Below, piece after piece: positions 14,082-26,880 of a stretch of 64,000 bases of DNA. The stretch is from Takakia lepidozioides (Eukaryota; Plantae; Bryophyta). Under the pieces are notes generated by a model that saw nothing but the letters and a program-made list of their open reading frames with translations, did not search any database and had not been told where the DNA came from. Made by a program: the position numbers and the translations under genes. Position 1 is the stretch's first letter. Each line of letters opens with the position of its first letter. The stretch covers positions 29,698,001-29,762,000 of the forward strand of contig CM060732.1 of assembly GCA_030704615.1 (NCBI GenBank), read 5' to 3'.

Positions 14082-16710
14082 TTATTCAATGAAACGATCC
14101 TTGAATCGCATGTCTGACGTCCGACATGCACTAGTTTGTCCAAACATTGAGTACCGGTTGTCTGCCACTCTTTCATAAACAAAGTCCCTGAAGAATCTGC
14201 AAGACAAAGATTGTAGCTATTGAGAGGAAGACGGACAGGCCTGGAGATAACCATGGACACAACCCAATAAGAAAATGAGGATAGTTATACATCTTATACT
14301 TACAAGGGGAAAAGAAGAGCGAGACTGGCAAGGGCAGGCAAGAAAGCCTGGAGATTATTTTGGCCAGTCCGCGATGCCCTCTGACTTTATGTACGCCCTG
14401 CTCAACCAAGCATAGCACACTTGAGATAAACTGCCAAATTTGAAAGACAATGCTATTGGCAGTAAATCAGCTAGGGGAAAGTCTCTTCAGTCCATTGGAA
14501 CTTCCTCCCCCCTGAGCTCGTCAAGGGACAAACACTGTAGGGCATTCAGCATGAGATTGTCAAAAGGCTCATCACAATCCAACAACAAAAGGACCAAAGA
14601 AAGAAAGACAATGTCTCCCCACTTATGAGTGAAATATGTCCACTGCCAGTCTTTTCTCACCCTTTGAAAACAGGGCCTCAGCTTTGTTATTCTCACATCA
14701 TATTGCCCATAGTCTGGCACATGGGTTTCTTTTTCCAGGACTGGGTTAACTTATCATACACAGGAAGCTAGCTTACTCTTAGTCTGAACTTCATCCTAGA
14801 GCCCAGCCCCAGCCTCACTTAGGTAGTCCTTCGGGTAGATTGTACTCATAAGACGTTGTTTGCCGTAGCCTTGTGGCCATTGACCCCGCGCCCAGTTTGA
14901 GCGGGAACAAAAGGTCCTTCGGGTAGAGAGAGAGAGAATGTACTCACACACAGAGAGAGGAAGGGGGGGGGGGAAACTGTACCCATCTTTTTCAACGAGG
15001 ACCAAACTGGAGATGTCAGTAGGAGACCGGCCTGATCGTAGTAGCAGTGCTTTCCCAGCTTCGCTTTGCAGCGCAGCAAATCGCAGCCGCCTACGGTTAA
15101 GATCAATGACAGAATAAAATGCAAAAAGGGCCATAATGAATAAACTACTTGTCCTTCAATTACTGCAGAACAGTTATATGTTATAGAGAAAATGCAGTGC
15201 CAAAGTGAATGTAACTTAGCCAGAAAAATCCAAGGGCATTGTGAAGCACGAGGCACGAGAATCACCCAATACGATCGTTGTCTAAGACGAAGTTGACACC
15301 CCCATTGCACATATTACATACTCCTGCCATGTACCAGAATCCTTGTTAGTGAGTGTCACTTTCTTGTGTTGTGAACTTTTTCAGTTTTCCCCACAACCAA
15401 TTATAGTATCTCCTGCCTCTATGTATGCTTGAAAAAATATACCCGTCAAGGCCCTAAGGAGACTTGTGTAACTAAACACAGACTTCAAATAACCAAAAGG
15501 TCCCCAGAAGTTGCCAGCATGGAATTCCAATTAGTGAGAACAAAATGTAGATCTCCTGTATCCGCGCTAGATCTCTGACCAAGCTTCATGTGTAGTGCTG
15601 CTGGGAATCCCTGCACTAAACACTTGAGGTGGCAGCTGCAGTGAAAACTTCATACACCAAGCTAAGAAAGTCCTAGGGCATGAAAATGATGTTAATCAAC
15701 AGGTCAGAACATCCAGGTCTGTAAAACCCAACTGCATAACAGCACAAACACACATGAACGGCCAGCAAGCTTCAATCCAAATCATAAACACTGGAATTAT
15801 AAACAGGCCACTCCTCTTGAGCGGCACGCAAGATCCTAAAGTTATCATGACCTCAGTTGATCACTAAAAATAGAGATGAGACCGACATCTACGATTTCAT
15901 TGTTGTAAAAGGCCATCTAAAGGTTATGCGTGGAACTCGAATCTAACTCCATGACATCAACTTAGTGGGCACTAGCTAAATGCAGCCTATTCCACAGCAA
16001 AAGTGCCCCATCAGAAGCAATTCAAGCATGTTCATGAACGGTATGGGTGGCACACTGATTGACAGTCCCTATGAAAACCCACAGGTCGATGCCTTAGTGC
16101 TCCGGCACGACGGTCGACAATCCAATTGAGTGTTTATTTACGGGGTATTTATCTCCGCATGAGTTTGAATCCAGTACCAATGTACTCATAAGATGGTTGT
16201 TTGCCGTAGCCTCGTACCAGAGAGAGAGAGAGAGAGAGAGAGCGTGTAAATGAAACTACCCTACCCTAATTTTACAGTACAGCCTGACAATTGGAATGAA
16301 GAAGTAAGTTCCAAATTCCTGCCTGAGATAATACATACAAGTGGGAACTCACAAAATTGATAGTTCCTGTAGTGAGAATTGCACGCAAAATCGAACTTTC
16401 TCTTACCATCAAACAAAACAATGGGTCTTAAATCTGTTTCGAAGTACGCATCCGCCTTCTTGATCAGTTCTTTATTAGTCAAGATGGCAGCGCTACCAGC
16501 AACCTCCGCAGCTGCCCGGATGCGCAAGGCCTTCACTGCACGCCTTCCATGGCTTGGGATATGAGAGTACGTTTTGGCGGATCTAGTCGAATTCGGGAAT
16601 AGCCGAGGAGGATTGCAGGATGTTCGCGTCGGAGGGTCGGATGAGATTACGAGTGCGTTCAAAGCTGCTGGTGGGGATTGTACTAGTCCAAGCCCACAGC
16701 TCGTAGTCAT
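14082..16710 (-). CDS. DCC-family (DUF393) thiol-disulfide oxidoreductase with likely transit peptide; frameshift in exon 4
   Basis: Exons 16710-16407, 15323-15266, 15090-14983, 14397-14304 and 14196-14082; PIVLFDG|VCNMCNGGVNF (DxxCxxC), RLRFAALQSEAG, RDFVYERVADNRYSMFG. The 94-bp exon 4 breaks frame. Confidence 0.85.
14840..14913 (-). mobile_element. 74-bp 5'-truncated LINE 3' end with 14-bp TSD
   Basis: Matches 40541-40614; GTCCTTCGGGTAGA duplicated at 14826-14839 and 14914-14927. Confidence 0.85.
16180..16213 (-). mobile_element. 34-bp LINE 3' end with 6-bp TSD next to (GA)n
   Basis: TGTACTCATAAGA..TTGTTTGCCGTAGCC as in the LINE tail; GTACCA at 16174-16179 and 16214-16219. Confidence 0.7.
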
Positions 16711-18618
16711 GGCTGAAATGTGCGCACTTGTTTTCCGGGGGTGGGGGGGGGGGGGGTGGGTAGCGCAGTCCGAAGAGAGAAAGACAGAGAGGGCTTGAAA
16801 CCGAAGATCGAAGTTGGGATGGAAAAACAGAAATATAGAATGGAAGTGAAATCTGTACGTGCGAAATAACTGACTGGACCGGAGGACCTCGCAATCCAAT
16901 GAAAGGTAAACCGGCTGAACAAAATAAGGTTGAAAGTCTGGAAGATTCGAATGAGCTCAGCTGAACACGATGATTCTCTTGCACTGCAATTACACCAGAC
17001 TACAGAATATGGAAATGAAAGGAAACGGCGTAGAGGAAGATGATGAATCTCAATGAACCTTGAACAGAATCACACCCCACAATGATTTCAAAGAGAAAGA
17101 AGAAACTCGATTTAAACTGCAGAGACTCTTCTCCGAATCCCTTTGCCTCTGTGAAATCATGGGGTAGCTACGTGGCCGCATTCCAAACTTCACAATTTTG
17201 CTTGGGAACTGTCCCCAACAATTTTCATGCCTGAATCTTGGACGCATGCTAACACTTAAGACGCATCTCTGTGAATGCCCTGGCCAGGCTCTCGCGGGAT
17301 GTCACAGAATGCGTAACGCCCTATGGGGACTTGCCTCGAATCTTCACCTGGATAAGCAGCACACTAAAAAATTTCTGGTACGTGCTTTACGTGCCTAACC
17401 ACGCACTTGAGAACCCAATTCAACCACTGCTTTTGACATGTCAGTTTGAAGTCAAGAGTCCCCCAGAGCTATGGGTTCTACCTTCCCATAATCTTTTTCA
17501 CTTGGCCTCTCAATCGCACCATACTGTAAACTGGCCCCAGTGAAGGTTGTTTGAGTTATGTGCATTTGCACCCTTGGGATGTGCTGAGTGCACAATTCAT
17601 CAATGACGTGCAAAATGCTTGACGAGTTTCCAACCCAAAGAACACACACAACCACATCCATACATTTCCTGCAAACATACATATCAATGTGAAGGCCAGT
17701 TAACTCTGCACTCACATTTGAAAGTTGTCCAAAGATAATATGAGATCACCACATCCAAGGATAAGTTAGAGGTGAGGTTAATATCTGGTAGTTCAAAGAG
17801 CATACAACTCTGTGCACAGCTCATCTGATGATGCTCAAAGTAAAGAAGAGGTTCCAAAGTGAAAACAAACCCACCATCACAGAATATTAAGGGAAGTTAC
17901 ACTGAAGAAAAAATTAGAAGGAAGGAAGCAACAAGGAGGGGCTTAATACTTAGAGCGAATACAAAAGAAAACTGAACAAATCAACTGAATCCTCTAGATC
18001 AGTGACCAACCGTTATAGCTCCCCTTGAGTTCATCAGCTCCCAACAGAGGTCAGACTGTTAAATTGCGTCAACAAGGGAACACCTAACCAAGACAGCTAT
18101 TTATAATTCAAATCATGCAAAACTCCAGACTTCACACAGGAGAGAGGGAGAGAGAGAACCTAATTAATGTGAGTGGGCTGAAGAAAGCTCCCCACTTAAC
18201 CTCCCACAAACTGTGTTTACACTGACTGCAAATAATCTGCTTGTCTCCACCAGGATATGATTCCTCCTTTAAAACTGCTGCTCTTAATCACGTCTAGAAA
18301 TTACCAACAAGGCCAAAAATATCATGACTCTTGCTGATAGAATGAAGTGCCCTAAGTTTTTCCTTTTGAGAGAGAAGGAAATTTCTGTATAAACTTCAGT
18401 ATATCAATGACATGATGGTTGTAAATGGGTGGGGAATCCCAACAGTGAGCTCATAGATCTTACTGTGAAAGCGTCATCTCACTTGGAGATAGTAGTGACT
18501 GTCACAAATCCTCTGCAAAGGTTGAAAAACTTGCAATGACCCAGAAAGCGCTGCAGCAGCGGTTAGGGGTTAAACAAACAAAGGGCTACATGGCAATGTG
18601 CAACAGCGAACTAAACTA

Positions 18619-20654
18619 TTAATCCAATGGCGAATCACCCATCCCATTCTCCTCAACGGCTGCCGCCATAAGCTCATCAAACTGATCCGACTTACTAAGG
18701 ACAATCTCCATCTGCACCCACCAAAAAGAAACCACTTTCTGTTATGTTTTCTGCCTCATTCCTGTAGGCAGGTAATCTCTGCAACCCTAACCCTAAGGGA
18801 TGGTATCCATTACAAAACGCAGCCAGGGCAAGTAAACCCCAAAAGTCTCCAAAGTGGATTTTCGAGACCTACCGGGAATTCTTAGAAGACTTGAACTCAT
18901 TTCGCCTTTCACATCTAAGAAAGACCAATTCTCTGCTCTTGGAAGTTGGAACTTGAGCATAACAGTGGTTTGAGATGTTTTTTGCTTTCTCATATACGAT
19001 TGCTTGCTAAATTAGGTATTTCTACTCGAACCTCACCTCTTTCTTCACTTACTATTTCATGACTTCAGCAAATGATGCTAAATTATTCTGCATTTATTTC
19101 TTGATAATCATTAAATGTTTGATGCCCGTAAAAACCCAAAATGAAACCATCATCTTCATGAACCTTTTCCATTTGAAGCCAATTCTACATTGGAAAGAAT
19201 AAACCATAGATGCTGTTTTTGCAGCAGGATGGAAACAGACCTTTGCTTTTTGAACTGGGCCCCCTCTTGATTCATCCCCCATATCGATCGTTGAAGTGCA
19301 AATCTCTGCATTCGCAAAAGTATTAGGCATTATCATGAATCCAATTCCCTTCACCACCATCCTTCTACAATAAAGCGGATGCGTGAGTAGGAGGAGAACT
19401 GAGAGAGGGAGAAGACGTAGAAGAGAGCAAAGTAGAAATGGCGGAAGAACAAGATGCACAGTAGTGGACAAAGTTGAAGAAGAAATAATGAAGGCCAACA
19501 GTGCAACTTACTCTTCTCAATGGCCAGCCCGTTGTTCTTCAGAATCTCCACCACAGTCACCACTGTGGCAATGGCTGCCTTGTGCACAGATCATGCACAT
19601 AATTCCAAGTGAGTCCTTTTGCTTGACAAGTTCACCTCTGTCTCACTCAATCAAGTTCTATGTTGTACCCCTTTTAGGTAAACACTGATGGACTAAGTAA
19701 AAGCACACATTGCCAACCAACTAAGGCCAAGCTTGGTTCCTACATACCACATTCCATCTGCAGTGGATCCTGAAGAAGGACAAGAAGAAGAGACTGAAGG
19801 AAGGAAAGTACGAAGAAGGAAAGAGGGAGAAGAAAAAACTATGGACCCTATAAACTTGAGAAGAACAGTTGGCATATGCAGCCCCTGAGCTTTTTGGCTC
19901 GCATTGTTGGTGTTGTTGCTGGGTTGGGGGGAAGACTTCGGTTCTCTACTGTTTCTTTGGCCTCTTTTGGCAAGTGAAGTGTGTTCTTCCTTCCAAAAAC
20001 TAAACTAAAACAACTTGTGAAGAACTCACCCATTCCGAGTGCAGAGAGCTCCACCTCATCGTACTGCTGCATAAATCTCTGGCACCTCAAAACACCCATT
20101 TCGTCTCATTACAAGAAAGAAACATGTGGCTCGTTCTTCTCAAAAGGACGAAAAAAGACCTAAAATATCAGAGATTCTTGGCTCCCTTGGGATGAGAACT
20201 CTCTCTGTGTCTCTCTCACACACACAGATACGGGAGATCATCAAAACCTGCAGGGCAGATCGTATAATCAAGCAGTGACATCGTCTGCACTGCCGTACCT
20301 CCAGCATTTACCCAAAAGATCTCACTCCCATTCTACGTGAAAACAAATGTTTGGAGCATACACGTTTGAGCATCCTTAACGAGAAACTGAAAGTCCCTCA
20401 ATCTGAAGTCCTGCCTGATAAGAAGGAGCAGGAGGAGAAGGAAATAAGGAGGAAGAAAGAAGAGTGAAAAGAATAAATAGAAGAACATCATTCGGCAACT
20501 AATTTCCTTTTCAAAAGTCAAAACACCACCCTAATGGGGACTGTAGTACCTTTGCAAGATTGACGTAGAAGAATAGAGGCTTCTTAGTATTGGAGACCTG
20601 GATCCTGTTCTTCTTGGGGCCTCCATCAACGTGATCACCATTGCTCTGCTCCAT
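18619..20654 (-). CDS. Alba DNA/RNA-binding protein (short plant type), intact, 5 exons
   Basis: Exons 20654-20550, 20078-20030, 19574-19512, 19305-19241 and 18711-18619; KKNRIQVSNTKKPLFFYVNLAKR...VELSALGMAIATVVTVVEILKNNG...VQKAKMEIVL. Confidence 0.92.
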
Positions 20655-23317
20655 TGAGCTCTGGTGGGCGATGGTGTGCGAGAGCTTTGCAAGAGTTCCA
20701 CGGACGCAAACCGCACAGGCCGCTGATGCCAACCGTCACGTCACCCTCTCGTTGCCTCCCAGGGATGTTCTACTTGAAATTGTCGTTCCTCTGTGGCAGA
20801 TTCTCTGTGGAATTGGCGCTACTCCGGAGATGGATATCATAGGTGCTCTCTTGCCATGCATGTTGAGCACATTCTACCTAGATATCATAATGGAACCTTC
20901 TTTCTGCCACGCCCGAGAGGCACGTTCTATGTGGAGTTGTCGTCCTTATGTTAGCGAGTGGCCGAGGCGGCGCACTGGCCTGCAGATTGCAGCTCTCTCT
21001 ACCTAGCCTAGTGTGTGGGTGCATCCCAACAACTCGTAACAACTCGTAATTTGCTTTGGCTCCAAATTCTGGCCTTTACCGGGGGTCAGATTATATCCCG
21101 TTAAGGTCTGGGGTGGCATCTGCGGAGGATTCTCAGGCCGGGGATGCAGAATGGATTCCAGATGACAGACTCGCCACTCTGTATTCATGGCTTCCAAAAA
21201 GAGAAGCCAAGTAATTAGTTAGATGAGGCCCTGGAGTTGAATGCCAGGGGCCAGCGTGGACCCCCCCTCCCCACCCCCACTCAATCGCCCGCACACTGCG
21301 CGGCACGCCCTCCCGTGCCTCATGTTCCCGCTGCGGGGACATGACACATGCCCTCTCCATCATCCTCGTCCCGCCTCCCATCCTCCTCTCATGCATGGCA
21401 TCGTCCCCATCCCCCTATGCATGCCTTCATCCTCCCCATGCATGCCATTGCATTCCAAGCCTACATGGTATCCCAAGCATACATCATGCCCTCTTTTCTA
21501 AATAATCCTGACATCTATTCAAAGTTTCAAATGGCAAATCTGAAGAAAAGAATGGTCGACGTTGGGATGTATGCCACGCTGTCACATACACTGCCACCCC
21601 GATCGAGGGTTTTGCTCCCCCCATCGTGCATTTCCTCGTACAACGGTTCTCTCCATGCTCTCTCCATGCTCTCCATGCCCAGGATCTCCCAGCAGGATAA
21701 AAGAGTGCGAGGTTCGTGTGGGGATAGCAAAAGAAGACATCAGCAAACTCAGAAAAACCTTGTTTGTGAAAGCATGGCTGGAGTGGTTGAACATGGCAAT
21801 CTTTTGCCCCACCTTCTTTGTAAACTGCAAAGTCATGAGCTACAGACACTGGTACTTTCACACATGCTTCTCTGGATTTTCATTGTTCTCTTCCTCCAAG
21901 TTATACTTTGTTGGTGAGTGAGTTCTGCAATGAACATCTGAAACCCTCACATCTCTGCCACATTCATTTCTTTGTTGTGTTCATGTACTTTCACACACCA
22001 TGACGTGCAATGGAGGTCCCAATGGCATGGACAGATACCTGATGAGAACACAGCTGAAAATTGCATATATCCCTTGGAATCGGGTGGCCAACTTCATTGT
22101 TGGTGAATCCTCCCCGAAGGAGGCCCCATGCACCTTCCTCAGTCATCGACAGAAAGGCATCTCTGTTGGGAGTCTTTAGGGACCACGCATCAATAGTGCC
22201 ATGAACATTACAAGGTATGAATTCCTGTTGAGTATGCCATGATTCATGAAAACGAAATGAATGCTTTAGACTGTAAAGGTTCTGTCCAATCCCACTAGCC
22301 ATACACTTATGCTTTTCATTAGAGCTGTTCTAAAAGGCCACTCATGTTTTTGGCGTAGGTATCACCGCGCCTATGGCCTAGAAGACAATACCGTAAACAT
22401 TGTGGAGGTAACAGAGGCTATGCATGCCAAGAAATGGCGTGCAGGTCCACCCACGAAAAGGGGGAAAAGTGGGGAAGTGGGGCCAGCATCCACAAGAGAA
22501 AAACCCAAACAAATAAGGACTACAAACAACAAAACATGACAAGGCATCAAAAGAGATGCATGTACCGATTTGTTGTCAAACAATGCTACTTGGACCCTGT
22601 TAATATGACAAAGATAGTTTATAATGAGAAACAGCATGTAAATCATGTAAATTTGCCCACATTTTTTGGGGTGCGATTGTGGATCGTCACTCCGCATATA
22701 AGATACCGACTTTGCATGTTGCATTATGGAAATCCTAATGGGTCAGACCGGACTTACATCGTTCTTCATTGTGAACGTCATTGCTCAAGTTTGTTTTATG
22801 AACATCTCAAACTTGAAGGACTTGTTGAGCACCTCCATGATTGCAGTGTGTTACACTCCTCGCTGTCCTTATTTCTGAAGCATCTATGCGGTATATATGT
22901 TTCATTCATTGAATTATTTCATAGTGTTTGCTATGGTACATGTCTTTCCTTATGTTCCATTCATAATTACACAATGGTCGTTGGCTTGTAGGTGCTGAGG
23001 GAATGCATATTAGTTGACGTGGTTGACATATTCCACGTAAACCTGAGGGAAGACATTTGTAGATGTTCACTCATATGCAGTCTGTGCTTGTGACCGGGAG
23101 TTTTTGAGAGGATATTAGCATTTGGTTTTGCTTATTTTTCATGCGAACAACAGAAAGAGAAGGTTCCATTGCTCAGCAGGAACTTTTTGTTCTCTCATTT
23201 TTTAAATTTGTGTTTGTAACTGATGGGTTTGGGGTTTAGCTATCTTGATGGTGGGGGAATTGCATAATTGATTTGCCATTCTACCGAGCGTTTAGCGCAT
23301 CCCGAGCTCCATCACTT

Positions 23318-25065
23318 TGTTATGCGCATACATATCGCTACACAACTACATCGCTGTCCACAACCACACAACACATATGTACATCACACACTAGTCTATC
23401 ACAAGGCTGCCACTAGGCAACAACTAGCCCAGCACTAGTCTGGCATAGCCACTAGTCCACCACAATGATAAATGAATAATAAAGAAGAAGAATACAAGAA
23501 TACAAGCTCTCTCGAGCTCACAAGCTTTGCACATGAAATCAACACTCATATAAAGTCAAGCTAAGTACACCCCGTGCTATGGGGAATCTATATTACAGCG
23601 CCATAGCTAGATGCGGTGAGGTTCAACTCGAGAAAGATGAACCCACCGCGCTTGCCGTGGAGATAACCACGCCAAGTGCCTAAACATACCTTGGCCCCTA
23701 GATTGACATTTGGGCCAATCCCAAATATCAATATATCAAAATCAATTATTTCCTAGCTAGTTTTACACTAGTGGTAAAATAACTTGACAGTTGTCGTGCG
23801 TATACATATCACTATACAACTACATCGATGTCCACAACCACACAACACACATGCACATCACTCACTAGTCTATCACAAGGCTGTCACAAGGCAACAACTA
23901 GTCCAGCACTAGTCTGGCATAACCACTAGTCCACCATAATCGCCTCCCTAGCTGGTGTTAGATCCCTCTAATTCCAGGTAGCCACAAGATGTGATAGTGA
24001 CCGTAGCCTCACTAAGTCCTCCACAACTGTCACTACTATACTCAAACTCGATAGATTAAGAGGTCGGATACAAGAGTAGCCCCATCGTTAGTCGTCATCT
24101 TGTAACCTTTGAACTTGAGCCTAGGGTCTCGTGTATTGACTCCTATGAGCTTGGTCGCCCATGTCTTGTTAGCTGCCACTGGTCATATCCACTACCATTA
24201 TCCCAAGCAATGTGGATATAACTAATCTCCATCAAGAACCTTATCAAGAAGTGGTGTCAAGCATCCCATGTGTCAACCTCTTGAACATCAGTCACATACC
24301 AACATAGTGGCTGTCCATTTGGCAGACCCACACAACATACACCTCAAACCTGAAGGTACCACTACCAAATTTGGGTCAATCTTGCTATCGACATTGGGAA
24401 GGTGACATGGTGCACAATCACGCACATTATCCTTCCAAGTCATGTCATCCCGACCCTCCAAAATCATGACTCCTGAGGGCAACACATCTCGAACCCTCAG
24501 AATAACACCCCATGTAGCCGCAAATAAACATAGTCCCCAGGGTGGAACCTCCCAATATCCTCCACCACGTATAGTGACATACCTCAATGTATCACGGTGT
24601 TATGCAATAGCAAGGTTCTCAAAAGCCATAGGCATGATTTTATTGAATAACTCTACACGCTGATCACATGCACGTACCCACACGTCCGAATTGTCAAGGT
24701 TAAGGACTTGAGCAGTGTCCCTACGAGTGGCTGTAGGCAAATTTGGCTTTCGGCCAAAGAGAAAGAAATATGGTGAGAATGACGTAAGTGATGCTTGCTT
24801 GCTATCTATCAAGGTTTTATCACACAAAGCCTGAAACCCCCCCAAGAACTCTCTCCCTTGGTCCGTGAGTACCTCAGCTGAAGCATCGAATCCGCTAAGC
24901 ACACGATCCAAGAATGCATACGCAGCCCCTCACTAGCCTGAGTCAGGCAATGGAACCAACTCAATCCACTTGGAGAAGTGTTCCACCATCACCAACACAT
25001 ATTTGTGGTGGCGCATCGTCAATGACAACGGTCCTGCGAAGTCAAAACTCCACCTGTAGCCCAAC
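23318..25065 (-). mobile_element. Ty3/Gypsy element Y, 3' part: decayed integrase and PHD, PPT, then A-B-A terminal repeats
   Basis: Integrase and PHD homologous to 35020-36070 with many stops; PPT at 23941-23952; A 23938-23792, B 23789-23466, A 23464-23318. Confidence 0.88.
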
Positions 25066-25421
25066 TGTCAAGTTAAATAAGCACAGTGTGAAACTAACTA
25101 GAATAAAGCTAGTTATTTATATTTAACACTTGGATTTAGGTCAAGTGTTAAATCAGGTGTCAAGTTTATTTTGACACCTGAACCGTCTTATCTTCTCAAG
25201 AGCATCAGTCGCGCAGCTCATCTCTCTCGAGTTGAGCCTGCACGACCGAGCTCCTGCATCGTTTAGGACTGAGTGTGCTTATGATGGGAGTATAGGTTGT
25301 TGTGGGGTGGAGTCCCCATAGCTTGGGGTGCCCCTGACTCGACTTCTGTTTTAACGAGTGATAGCGATGGATTTCATGTTGTTTCTGGTGTGAACAGTGT
25401 GTCTCTTAGCTTGTTCTATCA
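25066..25421 (+). repeat. 5' terminal repeat (segment B) of element X
   Basis: TG...CA; last 54 bp identical to 36363-36416; homologous to Y segment B. Confidence 0.8.
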
Positions 25422-25436
25422 CTCGAGAGAGATGAG
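25422..25436 (+). promoter_or_regulatory. Putative self-priming primer-binding site
   Basis: CTCGAGAGAGATGAG immediately after the LTR CA; exact reverse complement of 25217-25231. Confidence 0.7.
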
Positions 25437-26479
25437 TTTGCATCTGTGAGTGCAGTGAGCTTAATTAGTTTTTTTAGCACTTGTGGGTTTTGTGTGAGAG
25501 AGAAACACAAGGGTGCAATGGCAAGTTAGGCTCTGTGTGTTGAAAGCGGAACACGAAAGTGCATGGGTATTCTCCCTTTATAACGGTCACTTGAGCGGCA
25601 GATTGAGAGCCGAGCATGGTGAAACGATCAGCATTATTGTTGTCTCGCAAGGCTGGGATGCAAGCCTTCATTGTCTTGGTGGTTAGAAGCGGAGGTGCAG
25701 CTGGTTACGCGAGTAGGTGGACCGTGGTCTTCGACTTCAGCTGCAGAGATAAAAGTACCATGCTAGGTAATTCCTGAGCAGACTGATGGTTTCAGACCTA
25801 CACTAGTGAGCAGCCAGGTGTTGGACTGGTTGATGGGCTCATGTCTACAAGTCGTCGTGCCATGTTATATCGGTATTCGATGACAAACGATTTGGTGAAG
25901 TTGTTCATGGCATATATCATGGTGTGCAATCAGTAAAGGCCGAGTTGAGAAGTTGGCTGGCTATCGTGGTTTTCTGGTCAGCGAGCAGGGACAGCTGGCA
26001 TGAAGGCAGATTGTGCCGTAGTTTGGCTTTCATGTGGAATAGTTACAGCAGAACCGGTGGGAATATTTGTAGTCAATAAGATCAACAAGCAATGAGGCTT
26101 GGTGATTATGCTTGAGGAATTCGATCTTGGACTTGGACGGGTCTGTAATAATTTTTTAAAAAAAACACATGATGAACTGCCAAGTGGCGATGGTGCTGTC
26201 CTCGATTAGCTGTGGATTGCCAATAGGACAAGGAGAGCAGATAGGGTGATGAAGGGGTGCAGACAACGACCCCTAGTTCCATCAAGCTTGGTTAAGGTCT
26301 CCAGGCCCTCTTTTGCATCCACAACGTGTGGCTAGAGCCCATAAGCTTGACTATAGCTGATGTTTTGTTTAGAAGATATGGCTCGTAGCCTGCAAAAACC
26401 AAATAACATTGCCATCCACCACTGGGACTGCATGCTAGAAAGCCATGGAGGCGATGGAACCTCCGTGTAGTTGCCAGTG

Positions 26480-26880
26480 GCAGAAGAGGTTGAGGGAGAA
26501 GCCATGAAGTCCCGTCAGCCACGGTAGTTTGATCATCATCCTTCAACAAGTCGCTACATTCAGTTTCAGGCACTGCCAGCCAAAGTTGTTTACGCGGGCT
26601 CTTTTTACACCTTCGGACACTCAAAGAAAGGAGTGACTGATACCAGCTCATGCCGACAGGCAAGTGAGTTGGCTGAATGGATACTTGTGTCGCCTGAAAC
26701 GCAAAGTGCAGCTACATCGTCCTTACAATTGACAACGGCTTGAGCTAGCCCACACACCTCGCACTCTCCACACATGCCAGCTTGTTTATGCCATGCCCTT
26801 GCCATCGCAACCTACACACAAAAATGCTGGCATCTGCCCTGCAGTACATAGCCATGCTTGACGCATGACAAGACGTGTCT
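26480..26880 (-). pseudogene. CONSTANS-like (two B-box) gene remnant inside element X
   Basis: Across frameshifts: [31 protein letters not shown]...[48 protein letters not shown], then SWLLPQP (26487-26507). Confidence 0.82.

Noticed and set aside
15920-15995. Possible SINE/tRNA-like A and B boxes on the minus strand
   Set aside because: Degenerate; no TSD or cloverleaf could be established.
20740-20850. PPRDVLLEI, reminiscent of TAF9
   Set aside because: Too short; no histone-fold exons found.
21000-23300. Possible TE-associated coding remnant (Ulp1-like?)
   Set aside because: No motif identifiable with confidence; needs a translated search.
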